Below are positions 16,331 through 35,432 of a DNA stretch of 64,000 bases, piece after piece; the stretch's first letter is position 1, and every line of letters begins with the position of its first letter. This DNA comes from the human T2T-CHM13v2.0 reference genome, Homo sapiens. Under the pieces are notes generated by a model, which saw only the letters and a program-made list of their open reading frames with translations, made no database searches and had not been told where the DNA came from. Location of the stretch: NCBI RefSeq assembly GCF_009914755.1, contig NC_060942.1; one strand, written 5' to 3'. A program made the translations under genes and the position numbers.

Positions 16331-17313
16331 CCAGTGTAGTCGTTTTTTCTTTTCTTTTTTATTCTATGTTTTAATGAATTTACACGTTACCCAAATGTTC
16401 CCTAGTTTTTCTGCCTTCCAAGATCACTCTGGAAGAATATTTAAGAATATACCAAATAAGAATATGCAAGTCCTCCCCTAAGGGTGGCAGGAAGAACACC
16501 CCTCCCCCAGATGGTATTTAGCGCCTCTGGCTGGGAACGGCTTCCCCATGCTCCTAGGTCAGGGTCCTCTCTTGGCATGACACTACCACCACAGTGCAGA
16601 CCCACAACAGGGAGAAGGACGGCCACAGTCCCTCAATCCCCCTTTTCCAAGATGTGCACAGCCTGACTCCTAACTCCCCACCACTGACTCTAGGGGAAAA
16701 ACAGCACAGGGCAGGAAACGATTTTCCATGTCACCAACCTTTCTCTGAGGGAACCTACTGGCCACCTCCCTCTTAGGACCAGCCCATCGTCCACAACGTG
16801 GAAGTCCAGCTTCCGTTCAAATCGGAGTTCTTTCTTCATGACATTTCTTTGCAAAGTCCCGGAACCCACAGCTCTGAGACTCTGGCTGTCCCCCAACCCA
16901 CCCCATCTTCCTTGTCCTCACCCCTGGTCAGGAGAAGCCAAAACATCAGTCAGCTTCCCAGTAATCAAGCCTGGCTTTCTCACCCAGGGCTCGCCCCAGA
17001 ACAACCACCGGCTTCTTTCAGTGTAGCCAAAAGGCTATTGGAGTCTTCTCAAATGAAAGAGATTTTATCAAAGGCTTGGAGAAGAAAAGAAAAAGAGGAT
17101 TATATAATAAAACGTAAAACAACAAACATATACACACAAACAAAAATAAACGTGAGATATGATTCTCCCGGAGTGTTTAGAGCAGGAATGTTCTTGGGCA
17201 TCTGCCTTCCCCCACCAGCACCCCCCACAAGGCAAGGCCAGTTCACCCTCAGTGCTCACTACTTTGCAGTGTTCATAGAATATTTGTAATAATTTTAGGC
17301 GGCTCCCTAAAAT

Positions 17314-18232
<919 letters not shown>

Positions 18233-19342
18233 TCTAAAACTTCTTCTGTGCCATTTGTGCACTTCACCCAATTGCCTCTTTGTAGTAATTAATTAGGATC
18301 TAGGGTGAAAAAAAAGTCAACAGCTATATATAGTCCTCAAAGTTTTGTACGTATCTGAGCAGTCATCAGTTGCACAGTGCAGAGGGATGAACTGCCGTCC
18401 CGCCACCTAAAAAGCATTAGTGACCATCAGGGAACCGTCAGATGCATGCCAGACTAAAGCAGAGTGAGGCTGTGCTGGGTGCTCTGTCTGTGGCTGCCCG
18501 TGCTCTCACTTCCCTGTCTTGCTCTGTGCCTTTGGGAGGTTGACCCTGAGTTGGCATCTCAGGGTCTCAGTCTGCTGGTTTCCTGGGTTCCCCTTGAAGG
18601 CTACTGCTCCCACAAGGCAACCACGGTCCCCGCTCTGGCTCTCACTGAGCTCCAGAATCATTGTTTCCTCCCCTTACCCAAGTGAGAATAATTATGTTTT
18701 ATTCCAGAACCCTGACAAATGAAGAGGCCTAAAAACCCCCTAGGTATTATCCGATCTTGGTGATCAGGGAGGTGTTTGTTTTGTTTTTTAATGCAGACAC
18801 ATAGTTTTAAAAATTATTCACTTCATCTACTGTAAGAAAAGTCATATTAATTCACAATTTTGATTAAAACAAACAAACAAACAAACAACTTCTGTGACAT
18901 TTTGGCTAACAAGTGGTTCAATATTAAAGCTTTGTCCACCAGGTGCAGTGGCTCATGCCTGTAGTCTCAGTGCTTTAGGAGGCTGAGGTGGGAGGATCAC
19001 TTGAGGCCAGGAGGTCGAGGCTGCAGTGAACCATGATCTCACTACTACACTCCAGCCTGGGCAACAGAGTGAGACTCTGTCTCTAAACAAACAAACAAAC
19101 AAATAAGTATAGTTCTTTCAAGCATGGCAGACAATCTGTCTCCTTTGGCCTGGGTCTCTCACTGCCTTTTAGATAAAAATCTGGCAATAACCAAAGAGTT
19201 TTCATAAGGCCTGTTGATCTATTTATAAGACATGCATATAATTTACTTGACCATTATAATACCATTATAATAATCTAAATCTATTTTCTTTATCGTCCAA
19301 TAATCCACAGAGTCAGCACACAAGGATTCTTTTTTCCATATA

Positions 19343-20350
<1,008 letters not shown>

Positions 20351-21777
20351 TTAATTAATTTGGACTTGGAACAACTTGGCCAATTATGGATTAGAGGATG
20401 AGACTTAAATGTTACTGTACAAGGGATAGAACGATTCATTCCTCTATGTTATCAAATACTTATGGTATTTTACCCATCCTGCTGTCATGCAGATCAAGAA
20501 CCAAATTAAAACACATTTGCCGGGGTCATAATAATGTGGCCAGAATTTAAAGAAAAACTTGATTTTTAATTATGTATGATTTTGCTTGTTTAGTCTACCG
20601 ATTTCTATTTGCTTTAGCTTACTCAAAAATAAAGCGCAGCACTTCGAAGACTCAATAGTCTTCCATTCATGTGGGCCTTTATAATGCACGGGCCCAGATG
20701 CAATACATCTGGCGGTCTGCTTGGGTTGGCCACTGGATTGAAGGAGGCAGAGAAGTCTGGGATGATTCCCAAATGTCTGGATCTGGTGACAGGGAGATAT
20801 GGCAGGGCGAGCTTAGGGGAAAAAGCTGGGTTAGGAACTGTTGAAACTGAAATCCCTGAGGGCTGTGCCGACAGAGAGACAGCCGGTAGAAGGTTGTCTT
20901 TGCCTGTCTGTGGTTCCAGGTAACTTCATCGAAAGAGAGTTTCAGGCAGTAGAAATAAGAGCACCCAGGACAAAGCCCCAGGGAAGAGAAACATCTGACG
21001 GAGGACAGAGGAAGAAGGGTCAGGAATGAGACTGAGCAGGTGTCATGTGTCTGACACCAGAGCCTGACACATAGTACGTAGTAGACACTCAGCAAATACC
21101 GTAACAGAGATGAATCCAAGGCTGGGGGAGGTGGCTCACGCCTGTAATCCCCACACCTTGAGAGGCCTAAGTGGGAGGATCTCTTGAGTCCAGGAGTTCG
21201 AGACCAGCCTGGGAAACATGGTGAGACCTTGCCTCTAAAAAAATAAAAATTAAACATTAAAAAAAGAGATGAATGCATAACCTGGCTGCTGGAGCCAACA
21301 TGGGTTGGGTGAGCCCACTCTTACCAGCAGCTAATCAAAAATTTGCCTGGAATTCTGAGGCTCCTGTCCTACGTCTTGGCTGCTCCTCCCAGATCACCTT
21401 CTGGCCGGTCCCAAGTCCACTTCCCGTGCTCCTTGCTCCCTTCCTCCTGGTCTCCCTCACACTTTCCTTTCCTACTCCCCTTCCCTCTGTGGCCCTGGCT
21501 CAGCCCAGCACAGGGAGAGCCCTGTGCCACCTATTACAGCTCACCTGCACCTTTGCATCTTTCAGAAAGGAGCACCTACAAGATAACCCACCCCCCACCT
21601 TTTTTTTTTTTTTTAGTAGTACAGATTGCCTCTCATAGCATAATTGGGCTTCATTATTATCCTTAAAGACCCTCTTTCTGTGGCGGATTGGGATGGATAA
21701 AATAAAGAAGATCGAGAGGTTGAAGAACCCATCCTGTTTTGCCAGTGAGAAGGGGATAGAATTAAAAGGATTAGGAG

Positions 21778-21950
21778 GGCTCAGGCATGGTGGCTCCAGC
21801 GTGTCATCCCAGCTACTCAGGAGGCTGAGGCGGGAGGATCACTTGAGCCCAGGAGTTGGAGACTATAGAGCACTATGATTACACCTGTGAATAGCCACTG
21901 CACTCTAGCCTGGGCAACATATCAAGACCCTGTTTCTAGGGACAAAAATA
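21778..21950 (+). mobile_element. FAM-like (7SL-derived) monomer
   Basis: Retains the 7SL-type GTGAATAGCCACTGCACT segment. Confidence 0.7.
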
Positions 21951-23498
21951 TTTTTTAATAAATTTAAAAATTAAGGGAAAGGTAACCACATCCTGCTACA
22001 AATAAAAGAAGTTGGAGAGGTAAGAGGAGGACCAAGAGCTAATGGCATCATTTACACAAAAAGAGATGCTTTAAAATCAGTTGCTCATCCAATTCCACAA
22101 GGACAATAAGTAAGAAAGAGGATAGAAAGTCACCGGTGGATTTGGTCATCATTGGCTTCTTGATGACTTTAGCAACAAAAATTCTTGTTGGTAGTGAGAG
22201 TTAGACCCTGGTGGACTGGGTAGGGGGTTCCTGGAGCATGAGCAAAGGCCTGTGCCAGCCAATGGCCCCCACTACACTCTGCCCCGGCCTTTCTCATCTC
22301 AAAAAATGGCATCCCCCATCCAAAGCTCAAGTCAAGAATCCAGCAGCCACCTTTGATTCTGCACTTCCCCTCACCTCACAGTCCAGTCCCATCTCCAAAA
22401 TAAGTTCCAAATCTCACCACTTCTCATTCTCCAAAGAGGCACCATTATCTCTTTCCTGGTGATTAAAACAGCTTCCTAACTGGCTTCCCTTCTACCTTGC
22501 TTTCCCATAGTCCATTCTTCTCAGGACAACAACAGTGGCCTTTTAAAACCAGTGCATTATTGTTGCCCTTTGGGAAATCCTCCACAATTATCCAGTCTTG
22601 CTTCAAAAAATGTATGTATTTCTGACTTTTTACCCTGCCCTACTTACAGGATATGCACATTTCTGATCTCCAGCCAATATCACACTTCTTCTCTCACTGC
22701 ACTCTGCCACACTTGGCCAAGTTTGTTCCCACTCCTCTTGCACTTGCTCTCAGATCTCAGAAGAGGCGTGCTCCTTGTCTTTCAGGCCAGCCGGCTTCAC
22801 ACATGTGCCACGTGCACCCCTCGCTCAGAAGGGATCTGTACTCGGTTTGGATCTATTGTTGCCATCTTGAAACTCTTAATACTCTTTGAACACGGGGCCC
22901 GTATTTTCATTTTGCACTGGGTCCTGAAAATTGTGTAGCTGGCTCTACTTTCAGGGATTGTATCAGAAGTCTCCTCCTCAAAGAGGCCTTCCTCGGCCAC
23001 TTATCCTCAAGTAGCTCCTCCCCTTCTAAGTTACTGGCTATCCCATCATTCCCACTTAATTTTCTTCATAACAGTTGTCATGCTTTTATACATTCTGGCT
23101 TCTATATTTATTTGTGTATTGTCCAGTTCCCTCCCTTTGGAACGCAGCGTGGGCACCTGCAACGCAGAGACCACTGTATCCCCGGTGCAGAATGTAATGA
23201 GTGCCTGATACATTTGCCGAATAAACTATTCCAAGGGTTGAACTTGCTGGAAGCAAGAGAAGCACTATTCTGGGTAAAATGGAAATTTTAAATGTACTTG
23301 ATATTTATATACATCCTAATCAATAATTAAATTTGTGTAGTGCTGATCTAAACAGATAAATTCTGGCTTCATGATGATGGTGAAGTGGAATATAATTTTC
23401 TCATTTTGTATTCAAACTAGATCTTTTTCATGAAAGGATTTGAAGTCTAGATTCAATGCCTACTTTTGCTACTTATGTTATATGAAACTAAAACAATT

Positions 23499-24115
<617 letters not shown>

Positions 24116-24648
24116 TAGTCTGAATTTTTTAAAAAGGTTATTGGTCTACCTTCCAATGACATTGCACTCTGTGTGGCTCAATAAAACATTTTCATTTATA
24201 ATAACTAATTTGACCTGCTCAGCAATCTCTAAGCAAGATAGAGTAGCTGTAATTCTTCATTTTACAGGTCATGTCAAATCATTTCGTACATTCCAGCTAT
24301 GTACGAGAGCTTGGTGAGAATATGTGAATAATAATCACAGAACTTCAGAGCTGGGAGTAACAGCTGGAAATATTTCTTCCAATAATTGCATTTTTTATGA
24401 GAGGACGATGAGGTCCAAGTGGACAGGACCATGAGACAATCGTGTGGCAAGGAAGTTGATGCAATTTGACCTCTTAAGTCAGTGATCTTTATGTCCATCG
24501 GTCCTTTCCAGCAAGTGAGTTAGCCAACCTTTGCCTGCAAAGGAGGAAATTTTTAATTGAGGATTTACACTCTGCTTCTAAAATTTTGCTTATTATTGTG
24601 AATAATTTTCTTTAAGTTTATTAAATGAATGGCTGAATAAATGGACAT

Positions 24649-24762
24649 AAGGAAAGAAGGAAGGGAGGAAGGAAGGGAGGGAGGGAAGGAAGGGAGGGAA
24701 GGAAGGAAGGAAGGAAAGAAGGAAGGAAGGAAGGAAAAAGAAGAGAGGAAGGAAAGGAAGGA
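24649..24762. repeat. GGAA/GGGA polypurine microsatellite
   Basis: About 114-nt purine-only tract. Confidence 0.95.
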
Positions 24763-27025
24763 TAAGTCTGATGACAGCTGCTATTATATTCTACGTGGAT
24801 AATTTATTTAGATCTTTATACTTTATCTTTTGTTTTACTTCTCTTATGCATATTCTCCTCAACTTTTTTTCAGTGGGCCAGAGGAGGAGGACTGCCTCTT
24901 GTGACTGTGGAAGGACTTCTACCAGGCTAACACCCCTGGCCTCTCACCCTCCCATTTCTCACCCTGCAAAGCAGAGTGCTATTTGATTCATGTTCTTAGT
25001 CTGTGGATCTCAGTTGAGGAGAACTCGTTAGAGATTTGCCCTCTTTCTGTCTTTTTGAGACCTTACTGGTGCAAGACAGCAAATCCTAGCTGGTGTCTAC
25101 AGGACACATGCACTCTTAGGTTACATAACTGCAGGGACCACTGTCATTGTATCCTGGAGCTGGTTCTATATAAGACACAGCCTGAGCAGTATATAGGCTT
25201 CCTAGTCTGCTCCTGGCCAAATGTCCCAGTTGGAAGCCCAGAGGTTGTCTGGCTATGCCAGTGGCAGGATGGGCAAGTCTAACTCAAGGGTGACATATTA
25301 GCAAGACCTTTATGGCCATGCATCTAAGATGCTCTGTCCAAGCCTGAACTTAGCAACAATAAACCTGACATTTTGAAATCCATCTGATTCCTCTATTTTC
25401 CAGTTGATGCCACATGCATCCTCTTGCCATCTTTCTTAATTAAGATGACTTTGCTTCTAAATCTCCTTAATTATCAAGCAGCTATCTACAATATTTTGTA
25501 ATCCCCTTAAATCTTGAGCATAATGATGTCATAATTATGAAAGTGAGCGGATTCACATGAAGTATTGCTTAATCTTAAGAACAAAATGGCAGCTGTGAAA
25601 ACAGATGAAGTAATTAGAGGAAGAGCCTTTTTGGAAGCTTCGAGATATTTTCAAAGTAATTAGTACTAGTTAGCAATAAAGTTCTGTTCTGAGAAATTGC
25701 TCTTAAAGGAGGAACATGGATTAAAGAAAAAAATCTGCTACTAGGAAGTAAGCCATCTTCCTATGTGTGTGATTGGTTTTGCTTCCTGAAAACTGGTTCC
25801 GTTTTCAACAAAATTTGGGTCTGTTGAAAAAGAACACGCAGATGCCAGCCTTGATGTCAAACGGGCCCAAACTTGGACAGTGGTAAACTAATGAGCAATG
25901 GTGCACAGAGTCAGGGTAAAAGCTGGACAATTTCCTATGACCAACTTTTCCAGGACTCTGCTCTGCTCTTCCTGAGAAAAATACCCAAAGTGCTGCCTCT
26001 TCCATTGGCCAACCATGCATCTTTCAGGATAGGACACATCTGTTTATAGGTGTGGATTGTAGTTGCTCATAAGTGACATTAGGCTGTTTAAAATAATAAT
26101 AGTTCGAGTTTTGCTATGAGCTGATCTGTTTTCCAAGAGAGCTAAGAGTTTTCCAGCTAAAAGAGGGAATTAGTGGGTAATCAAGGCAGCTGACATGGGG
26201 TGTGGCTGGGCCTTGAATGTGTGTCACTCTCTGTGCCCAGGCAGAGCAAAGATAAACTCCAGACTGCATGTTGCTCAGAGACCAGGACCAACGTCATAGG
26301 GCGCCTAAAAGGCAGGTGGCCCAGTTCAGAATTGTCAAGGTCTGACCTGCTTGGACAAGTGCTGAGTACATAGTAAGGATGGATTGGCTAGTCTCTCAAA
26401 ACTTGCAAACAGGGCGCAGGTGATCTTGAGATTTCAGGTGCCGGAGAGACCCATCGTGTAGATTCCAGAGTTGGCTATCATGACTAACAGCTGTCTAAGT
26501 TGTTTTTAAATGAATCATTAAGGGCTACATTTTCAGTTCAGCTAATCAAGTAGCAAATTACGGTGGGTCTAAAATACTTATCTATTGCATTATGTATATG
26601 CTAGACTTTATCACTTTAGTTGGTTATATCGCTTCATATACTAACAGTCAAAAAATGCCAAACGAGAAAACAAACAAACAAAAATGCCACATGACTGTGT
26701 AAATACACTTTTCAAACTGTTTTATCTAAGAGTTTACTCACTTTCACATTGTGGCTTATAGTATTTTCAATCTAAGAGACTAATTTTGCTTACATAGGAA
26801 ACTACATATTTTAAATTGAAAATTAAAAAAATATTTTTAAGGTTTTAATGAGTCCTATCAAAACACATTTGTATATAGGAAGGTAGCCCAAGGTCACTGT
26901 TGCCAATTGTGTACACAGCCTGCCCTCTAGTGTTTTCTTCTAAACAGCACCAAATTTTAGATCATAGTTGTAAATCTCAAAATGTTGGGTTAATAGGATT
27001 AAACACTGTGTCATCAAATTGATAG

Positions 27026-27123
27026 GACACAGCTAAATCCCTGACACGGATGAAAATTAAAGCAGAGAAAAACGAAGGTCCTTCCAGAAGCTGGTGGCAA
27101 CTTCACTGGGGAGATATTGCAAA
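27026..27123 (+). other. CLUL1: Candidate alternative 5' exon with in-frame ATG at 27050
   Basis: ATG 27050 is open to donor AA|gttagt; 74+13 nt = 29 codons in frame with ATG 28366. The acceptor (gatag) is weak, so this could instead be a first exon. Confidence 0.5.
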
Positions 27124-27584
27124 GTTAGTGGTAAATACACTATATTAAAAAGTTTTGTTTTGTAAATAGAGTAATGATAGAAGAAGAGTTAGTTGAAATG
27201 ATGTATGTAAAATGTGATAACTGCATAATTACTAGTACAGTTGCTAGTTTACGACTGTATTAAAAAGACATTCCAAATGTTGATCAAATAATGGAGGTTT
27301 CTGTGGTTGTTTTCTTTTTAAAATAGTAAATATACGTAAAGCAGATAAATATCCCCTTTGTGGGAGTTAAAATAATCTAACTTATTTTATAGTTTTAACT
27401 TTATTAAAGCATACGACTATTCTAACTTATTTAACTTTTCTTAGTAAAGTTTTAACCTCTGTATTTAGAATATTTGTAACTAATGTGTATCGAATTAAAC
27501 TCAAAGGGAAATTCATTAACTGAGAAGAAAAAATTTTAACTGTGCACTATTCACATAGCATAATGGGTTTTATAAGGAGTATGA

Positions 27585-27985
<401 letters not shown>

Positions 27986-28293
27986 TTTTGGAGGGAAAAA
28001 AATCCCTCTAACAGATTCGAATTAATTCTGTGTTTCGAGATGTTTACAAAATGAAGCTTGGACTCTGAGAGGATGTGATCTATCCTCTCCATTGCATTGA
28101 GTTTCAAGTACTTCACATGGCGGGCTTTTTTAACTGTCGTGAAGTTTAAACCAAATAGGGACTAGAATTTGTTTGTTTTTTTAACTTACATTTCAAGCTT
28201 CCTTATGTCTCAGGCACATTAGCATAAGTTGTCTAAAGTCATAAGGAAAAATTGACAGAAAAATGCTTTGGAGCCCCAGGTGTTTTCAATTGA

Positions 28294-28548
<255 letters not shown>

Positions 28549-29540
28549 TGAGAGATAACCATATTCGCTGTTTTCACGGTGAAACGTTCTCAAGGCGCTT
28601 AAACCAGGTCATCCTGACGCCAAACATCTGGGTAAAAATAGAAAATTCCAATCACGTCTCTGCAGGCGTTCACCTTTCCAGATGTTTGTATCATGTAGAT
28701 ACAACTTGCCAGTTTTTTCACTGCATTTTTTTGTATCATCCAGATGGTTGGTGTCATCTCAGCACAGCTCTAATGAACAGTGAAATACTTTTCTAGCATT
28801 TGAAAAATTTAAACCATTAGAGTAATCTGTGCAATTGTTCTTAAACTAGTGAAAGAATGGGTTATAATTACGTTGAATCTGGTTGTTCTGTGGCCATTAA
28901 CTTGCAACTTTGCTTGGTGATATATACTTTGGGTACTTAATATATAGAAGAACAAATTAGCTAAAATGCAGCTGATTTGGGGTCTGTAATAATCAGAGTC
29001 AAGAATGAGCTCCTCAGTAGGCCACGTTGGCTATTTTGAACAGGGAATGACAATGAATTTTAAACTTACTAAGGGCTTATTAAAGGTGTATAAGACACGT
29101 CCATTGAGTTATTAAGGAAGCTCGTATTACATGGGATACTTTCTAGGTCTCGTGCCTCCTTATTAGGTAACTGAAGCTGAAAGAAAGAGAAATTGCTGAC
29201 TGTGTTTGAGGTCCCCAGCTGGGCACTTAATATAAATTATGAAGAAAATGCAAAATTTTCTCTAATATAAACACACTTGAGTCTTAAATGAAAGAAAAAA
29301 AATGGATAAATGAAAACAGGGCCTGAGCAAGATGACAAGAATGAGGTTCAGTGAACTCTATTTGTTTAGGCGCTCACAAGTGAGGAGTAGAAGGTATGGT
29401 CCGTGTGGCAGCTGTGTCCATGTGGCAGCTGACAGCTAATTCATTATGATCTGCTTTCAGAATATGAGCCTATAAGAGAACAATTAAGCCTCTCTTTTGG
29501 AGACATGAAAGGTTGGTGAACTTGGTGTTTTGTAATCTGA

Positions 29541-29837
<297 letters not shown>

Positions 29838-30066
29838 TAGCTGCTTTTATTTGAGGAAAAGTTTAAGGGAAGCTTCAGATTTCCTTGAAGAACATATTTC
29901 GTGTAGGATAGGCTTCTGCAAGACTCCAACCCGGAATCTGGGGGATTCATCTCTGTTTAAGTGCTGCTTTCTCAAAAATAGATTATTCTTGGTCTCTTCT
30001 GAGTTAGGATATTGAGTCAAAAGTATTTGAAGAGTTTTTTTTTTTACTAGATCAGTGGTCTCCAGA

Positions 30067-30375
30067 GTTTTTGTTTTTTGTTTTTTGTTTGTTTCTGTTT
30101 TTGAGACAGAGTCTCGCTCTGTCACCCAGGCTGGAGTTGATCCCGCTCATTGCAACCTCCACCTCCTGGGTTCAGGTGATTCTCCTGTCTCAGCCTCCCT
30201 AGTAGCTGGGATTACAGGCTCCTACCACCACGCCTGGCTAATTTTTGTATTTTTAGAAGAGACGGGGTTTCACCATGCTGGCCAGGCTGGTCCCGAACTC
30301 TGGGGCTCAAGTGATCCACCTGCCTCAGCCTCCCAAAGTGCTGGAATTACAGGCATGGACCACCGTGCCTGGCCC
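30067..30375 (-). mobile_element. Alu
   Basis: Alu consensus. Confidence 0.9.
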
Positions 30376-33300
30376 AGAGATTTTTGGTCTCTCATTCCTA
30401 TGACTAAAAAATTTGTTACCACTCACTCCTAAATATATGCATATTCATTTACTCATGAATTAGATACATGAATTGCTACCATTGATATCTCAAGGCACAA
30501 TATGTATTTAAGGTGAGATTCATCATTAGCGAGTGTGGATATAAGTCCACATTTCAAATAATCTTCTAGATATTTTGAAACTTTTAGCCGACTTGCCAGA
30601 TCTGATTAGATCACCATAGTTTTCCCTTGTCACTTGGCCAATAAAGAGCTCATAATGATCAAGTGTCAGCTCTGCCATTTGCTTTTGGTCCGCTTGAGCT
30701 TAAATTATTCATTTTTAAAATCTGCCAAGTTTTTTTTTTTTTCAAGAATCTTGTTAAGCCTCCTGTCCATTTAGTGAAGGTTACTTTAGTTAAAACTAGA
30801 TAATAAAATCCATCAGTCTACCTGAGTTCTCTTACATGGCAACTCATTACAATTGGGTGCATGTGAACAGAGCAAGGGAACTATAGTTGATTCTTCTGGA
30901 ATGTAGAGGATCCCCTTTTCCCCAAGGTCATCACATACAGTTGGGCACACACAGTATCTGACATATGCATCTCAAGAGAGTACCATGTATATCCAATAAT
31001 GCATCAGCCTAATCACTTTTTCAAATTCAAATAGCTTTATTTAACAGCTATAGCTTGAACTACATATTTTATCCATGGAGAATACATATTATATTCAAAT
31101 GTCTTTGGAAGATGTAAAAAATTGTTCATATGCCACAGTATAAAGTTCAGTAAATTTCTAAATTATAGACATTGAATAGCTTGCAGTTTAATGACATTAA
31201 TAATTAACATCACACTCAAAACAATGACTTTTTTAAAAAAGGTTATCTTCAAACATTACCCTTAAATCAAAGAGGAAATTAAAACTGTAACAAAAATAAT
31301 TTGGAAAATATTTTCAATTTTAATGTTGAGAGTAAATTACTTTTTAAATTTATTTTTATTTTTTGAAAAATGTTAAGTTGTAAAATACATATAACAAAAT
31401 TTACCATCATAACCATTTTTAAGTGTAACGTTCAGTAGTGTTAAATACATTCATACTGTTGTGCAACCAATCTCCAGAATTATTTTCATCTTGCAAAAAC
31501 TGAAAGTCTATACATATTAAACAATGCCCCATTCCCCCCACCCCAGTCAGATTTTTAATTTAAAAATACAAGTGGAAGTTCTAATATTTTCTATCTATCC
31601 CTCTATCTATAAAGTTGGGGGCCACTGAATTCCAGATTGCTGCTTGCATCTTTTTACTTCTGAGCATCATGGCCTCTGGGAGTCCGTTAAGCAACTGGAG
31701 CCGGGTAGTGTGACAGGCTGACCCCAAAGCTGTGTGTCAGCGTCACCGGACTGGTTGATGTTGCAGCCTCACCTACTGCCCTGAGTCAGTCAGGGTTCTG
31801 GCAAGGAAAGGAGAATGCCTGACCAGCAGCTGCAAACCCTTCTCCCTTTTGGCAGCAATCAAAAGATTTTGAGGAAATCTAAAATAGCTCCTCATCAGGA
31901 AAATGTGGAAGCCCCTCCAGCTGGGATCTTCCCTGGTGGGCTTGTGAGCCTGGCCATCTGGGAATAGAGACACTAGATAGCACTCATACACTCTTCACAA
32001 AACACATTATCACATGGAATGTTTTGAACATCTGGGTAAACCACTACTTTCATTTTATAGCTAAGAAAACTGGGGTTTGAGATGTTTGTTAATTAACATG
32101 TTACTCCAACACTGTAATGAATGAACTGAGATAAAGTCAGCAGATGTGTGCACGGGGGACCCAGTGATTTTCTGCTTTTCTCACTTCCCTGAACCTCCTG
32201 GCAAGGAGGACAGGGTATACAGCTTTAACAAGAATATTCCACTTTGGGTGGGTCAAGTAAGCAAATGTGGATTTCACTTCTGGCCCTGAAGAATCCAAGC
32301 AACTAGTAGAATTTTTGTTTATTCTTAAAAATCTTATTGTACAAAAATTCATTGAATTATACTCTTAAGTTTGAGGCACTCAATTAGAAAGTTAATCGGA
32401 AAAAAAAAATCTGTTTAACCCTGAGTATCCCTCCCTAAAATTACTTAAAGCCTAGAATAAAGGTCAGTTTAGACAAATTATGAATTGGCAAATATGGTGT
32501 TAGCAACCCTAGTCTCCCAGTATTGAGCCCCACCCATTCTCAAGAGTACTGCTCAGTGGTGACCCAGCATCCTCACTGTCCCCTTCCTCCACCCCTCCTT
32601 ATTAATATTTAGTGAGACTATCTGAAACTTATTAAGTAGGAAACCCTAGAGAAGGTTAGAGTGACTTGACCTCCAAATCAGGTTTTATTTGTATGTGTTT
32701 TTAATGAAATGGGGTCTTGCTATGTTGCTCAGGCTGGTCTTGAACTCCTGGGCTCAAGGGATCCTCCTGCCTCACTTCCCGAGTAGCTGGGATCACAGGC
32801 ACTAGCCACCATGCCTGGCTCAATGCCAGGTTAATATAGCGCTTTTGATAAACTGTCAACTATAGGAATAGAGTTATAAGCGTGAATCTGCCAGTTGGTA
32901 CAATGTCTAGCAGGAAACGGAAGGCGTCGATAGGATATTCCTTAGGAATGTTTACTAGACAGAGGTCTACTTCTTCCATGGCAATGTTTCACTTCCAAAA
33001 CTTGGGACCTGTGATTTGGTAACTGTTTTTTGTCCTGCTTCTGGGCAGTGAATGGAAGGAAGCCTGAGAGATACTAGTTATTATACTGGACTAGTTATAA
33101 TAACAGATGTCTTGCCTATGATAATGGATACTAGGTATAATAATAGATGCCTTGCTTGTTTAGCTCATTTAATGCAAAGACCTTGAGAAGTAGATACTAT
33201 TATTCCTATTATTCTTATTTGCAAATGAGGAGACTAAGGCTTATATGTATTAAGTAATTTGCCCAAGGGTACACAGCCACTGTAGTTTGGAATTGGGAAT

Positions 33301-33399
33301 ATTAGGATTTTGGCTTATGAGGACAATGAGCAGAATATGTAAAATTGGGACTGATTGAGAAAATCCTGGAGGTATTGTTACTTGCCTTGGAGAAACAAC

Positions 33400-34257
<858 letters not shown>

Positions 34258-35228
34258 TTAATACTCCAGGAAAGGGTCATTTCCATTAGCTCTGAGGCTG
34301 TCTTCTTATGGCCAGATCCACTATACTCACTTCATTCCCCTGCACGATATCTCGGCATGGAGGGGGCTGGGGTTCAGAAGTCCACACTTGCAGGGAAGCC
34401 AGAGGTTTGGGCAGGGGCACAGGAAGAAAGGTCTGTTGCACCATGGTGCTGACCCGTGAGGCACTCCAGGGGCAGGGCTGAGGCTCGCAGGGACAGGTGC
34501 CACTGCTGCTGGGCTCCTCACCACCCAGAGCAGGACTTGGCCAAGTACAGCAAGCACCACAAGGGGGAGCACTGGGAATATAAACAAGAAGAACAAAGCT
34601 TGTTTATATTCCCATTTATATTTATTTAATATTACATTATATATAAATATATTTATTATATTACATTCTAATTGCAGAGATGCCATCCTGCGTCTCGGCA
34701 ATTACAATGTAACTCAACGGGAACATTTAACTTGACATACAAGAATTGTACTTGCTTGCAATGTTTAAGGATATACAACAATTAAAGACAGCATAAATGA
34801 AAGAATTAAAATGTACCAGCTTTATAAACTGTAAAGCCCACTTTCCCCATGCACCAGTGGATGAGAATTGAAGACAGACTTACCGGTAAATAGGTAAATC
34901 ACAGTTGTTCCCAGATCGGGATGGCATCTTCATTGTCAGGTCACCCACACCTAGAGTAATGTCTGTCACATAGCAAACACTCAGTAAATACTTAGTGAAC
35001 AAATGAATGAACAGATGAATAAGATTTACAGTCTTCAATAGGAATCAATCAGTGCTCTTTTCTTAAACTAAACAGAAAGCTTTGGGGGAGATCTGACAGC
35101 TGCGAGGCACCTGAAGGAGAAAGAATGAAAAAGCAGTTTAGAATGTGTACATTTCAAAGGGTGAAATCAACTAAGGTGCACATAGATCATGAAATGGAAA
35201 TTGGACTTTTGTTTCTACTTTTAACTAG

Positions 35229-35432
<204 letters not shown>

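Noticed and set aside
16798-17289. 163-aa ORF in non-Alu intron DNA
   Set aside because: Non-ATG start, no recognisable domain, low-complexity segments and no supporting splice structure.
21778-21950. Functional 7SL RNA gene
   Set aside because: It lacks most of the S domain and is diverged; a fossil Alu monomer.
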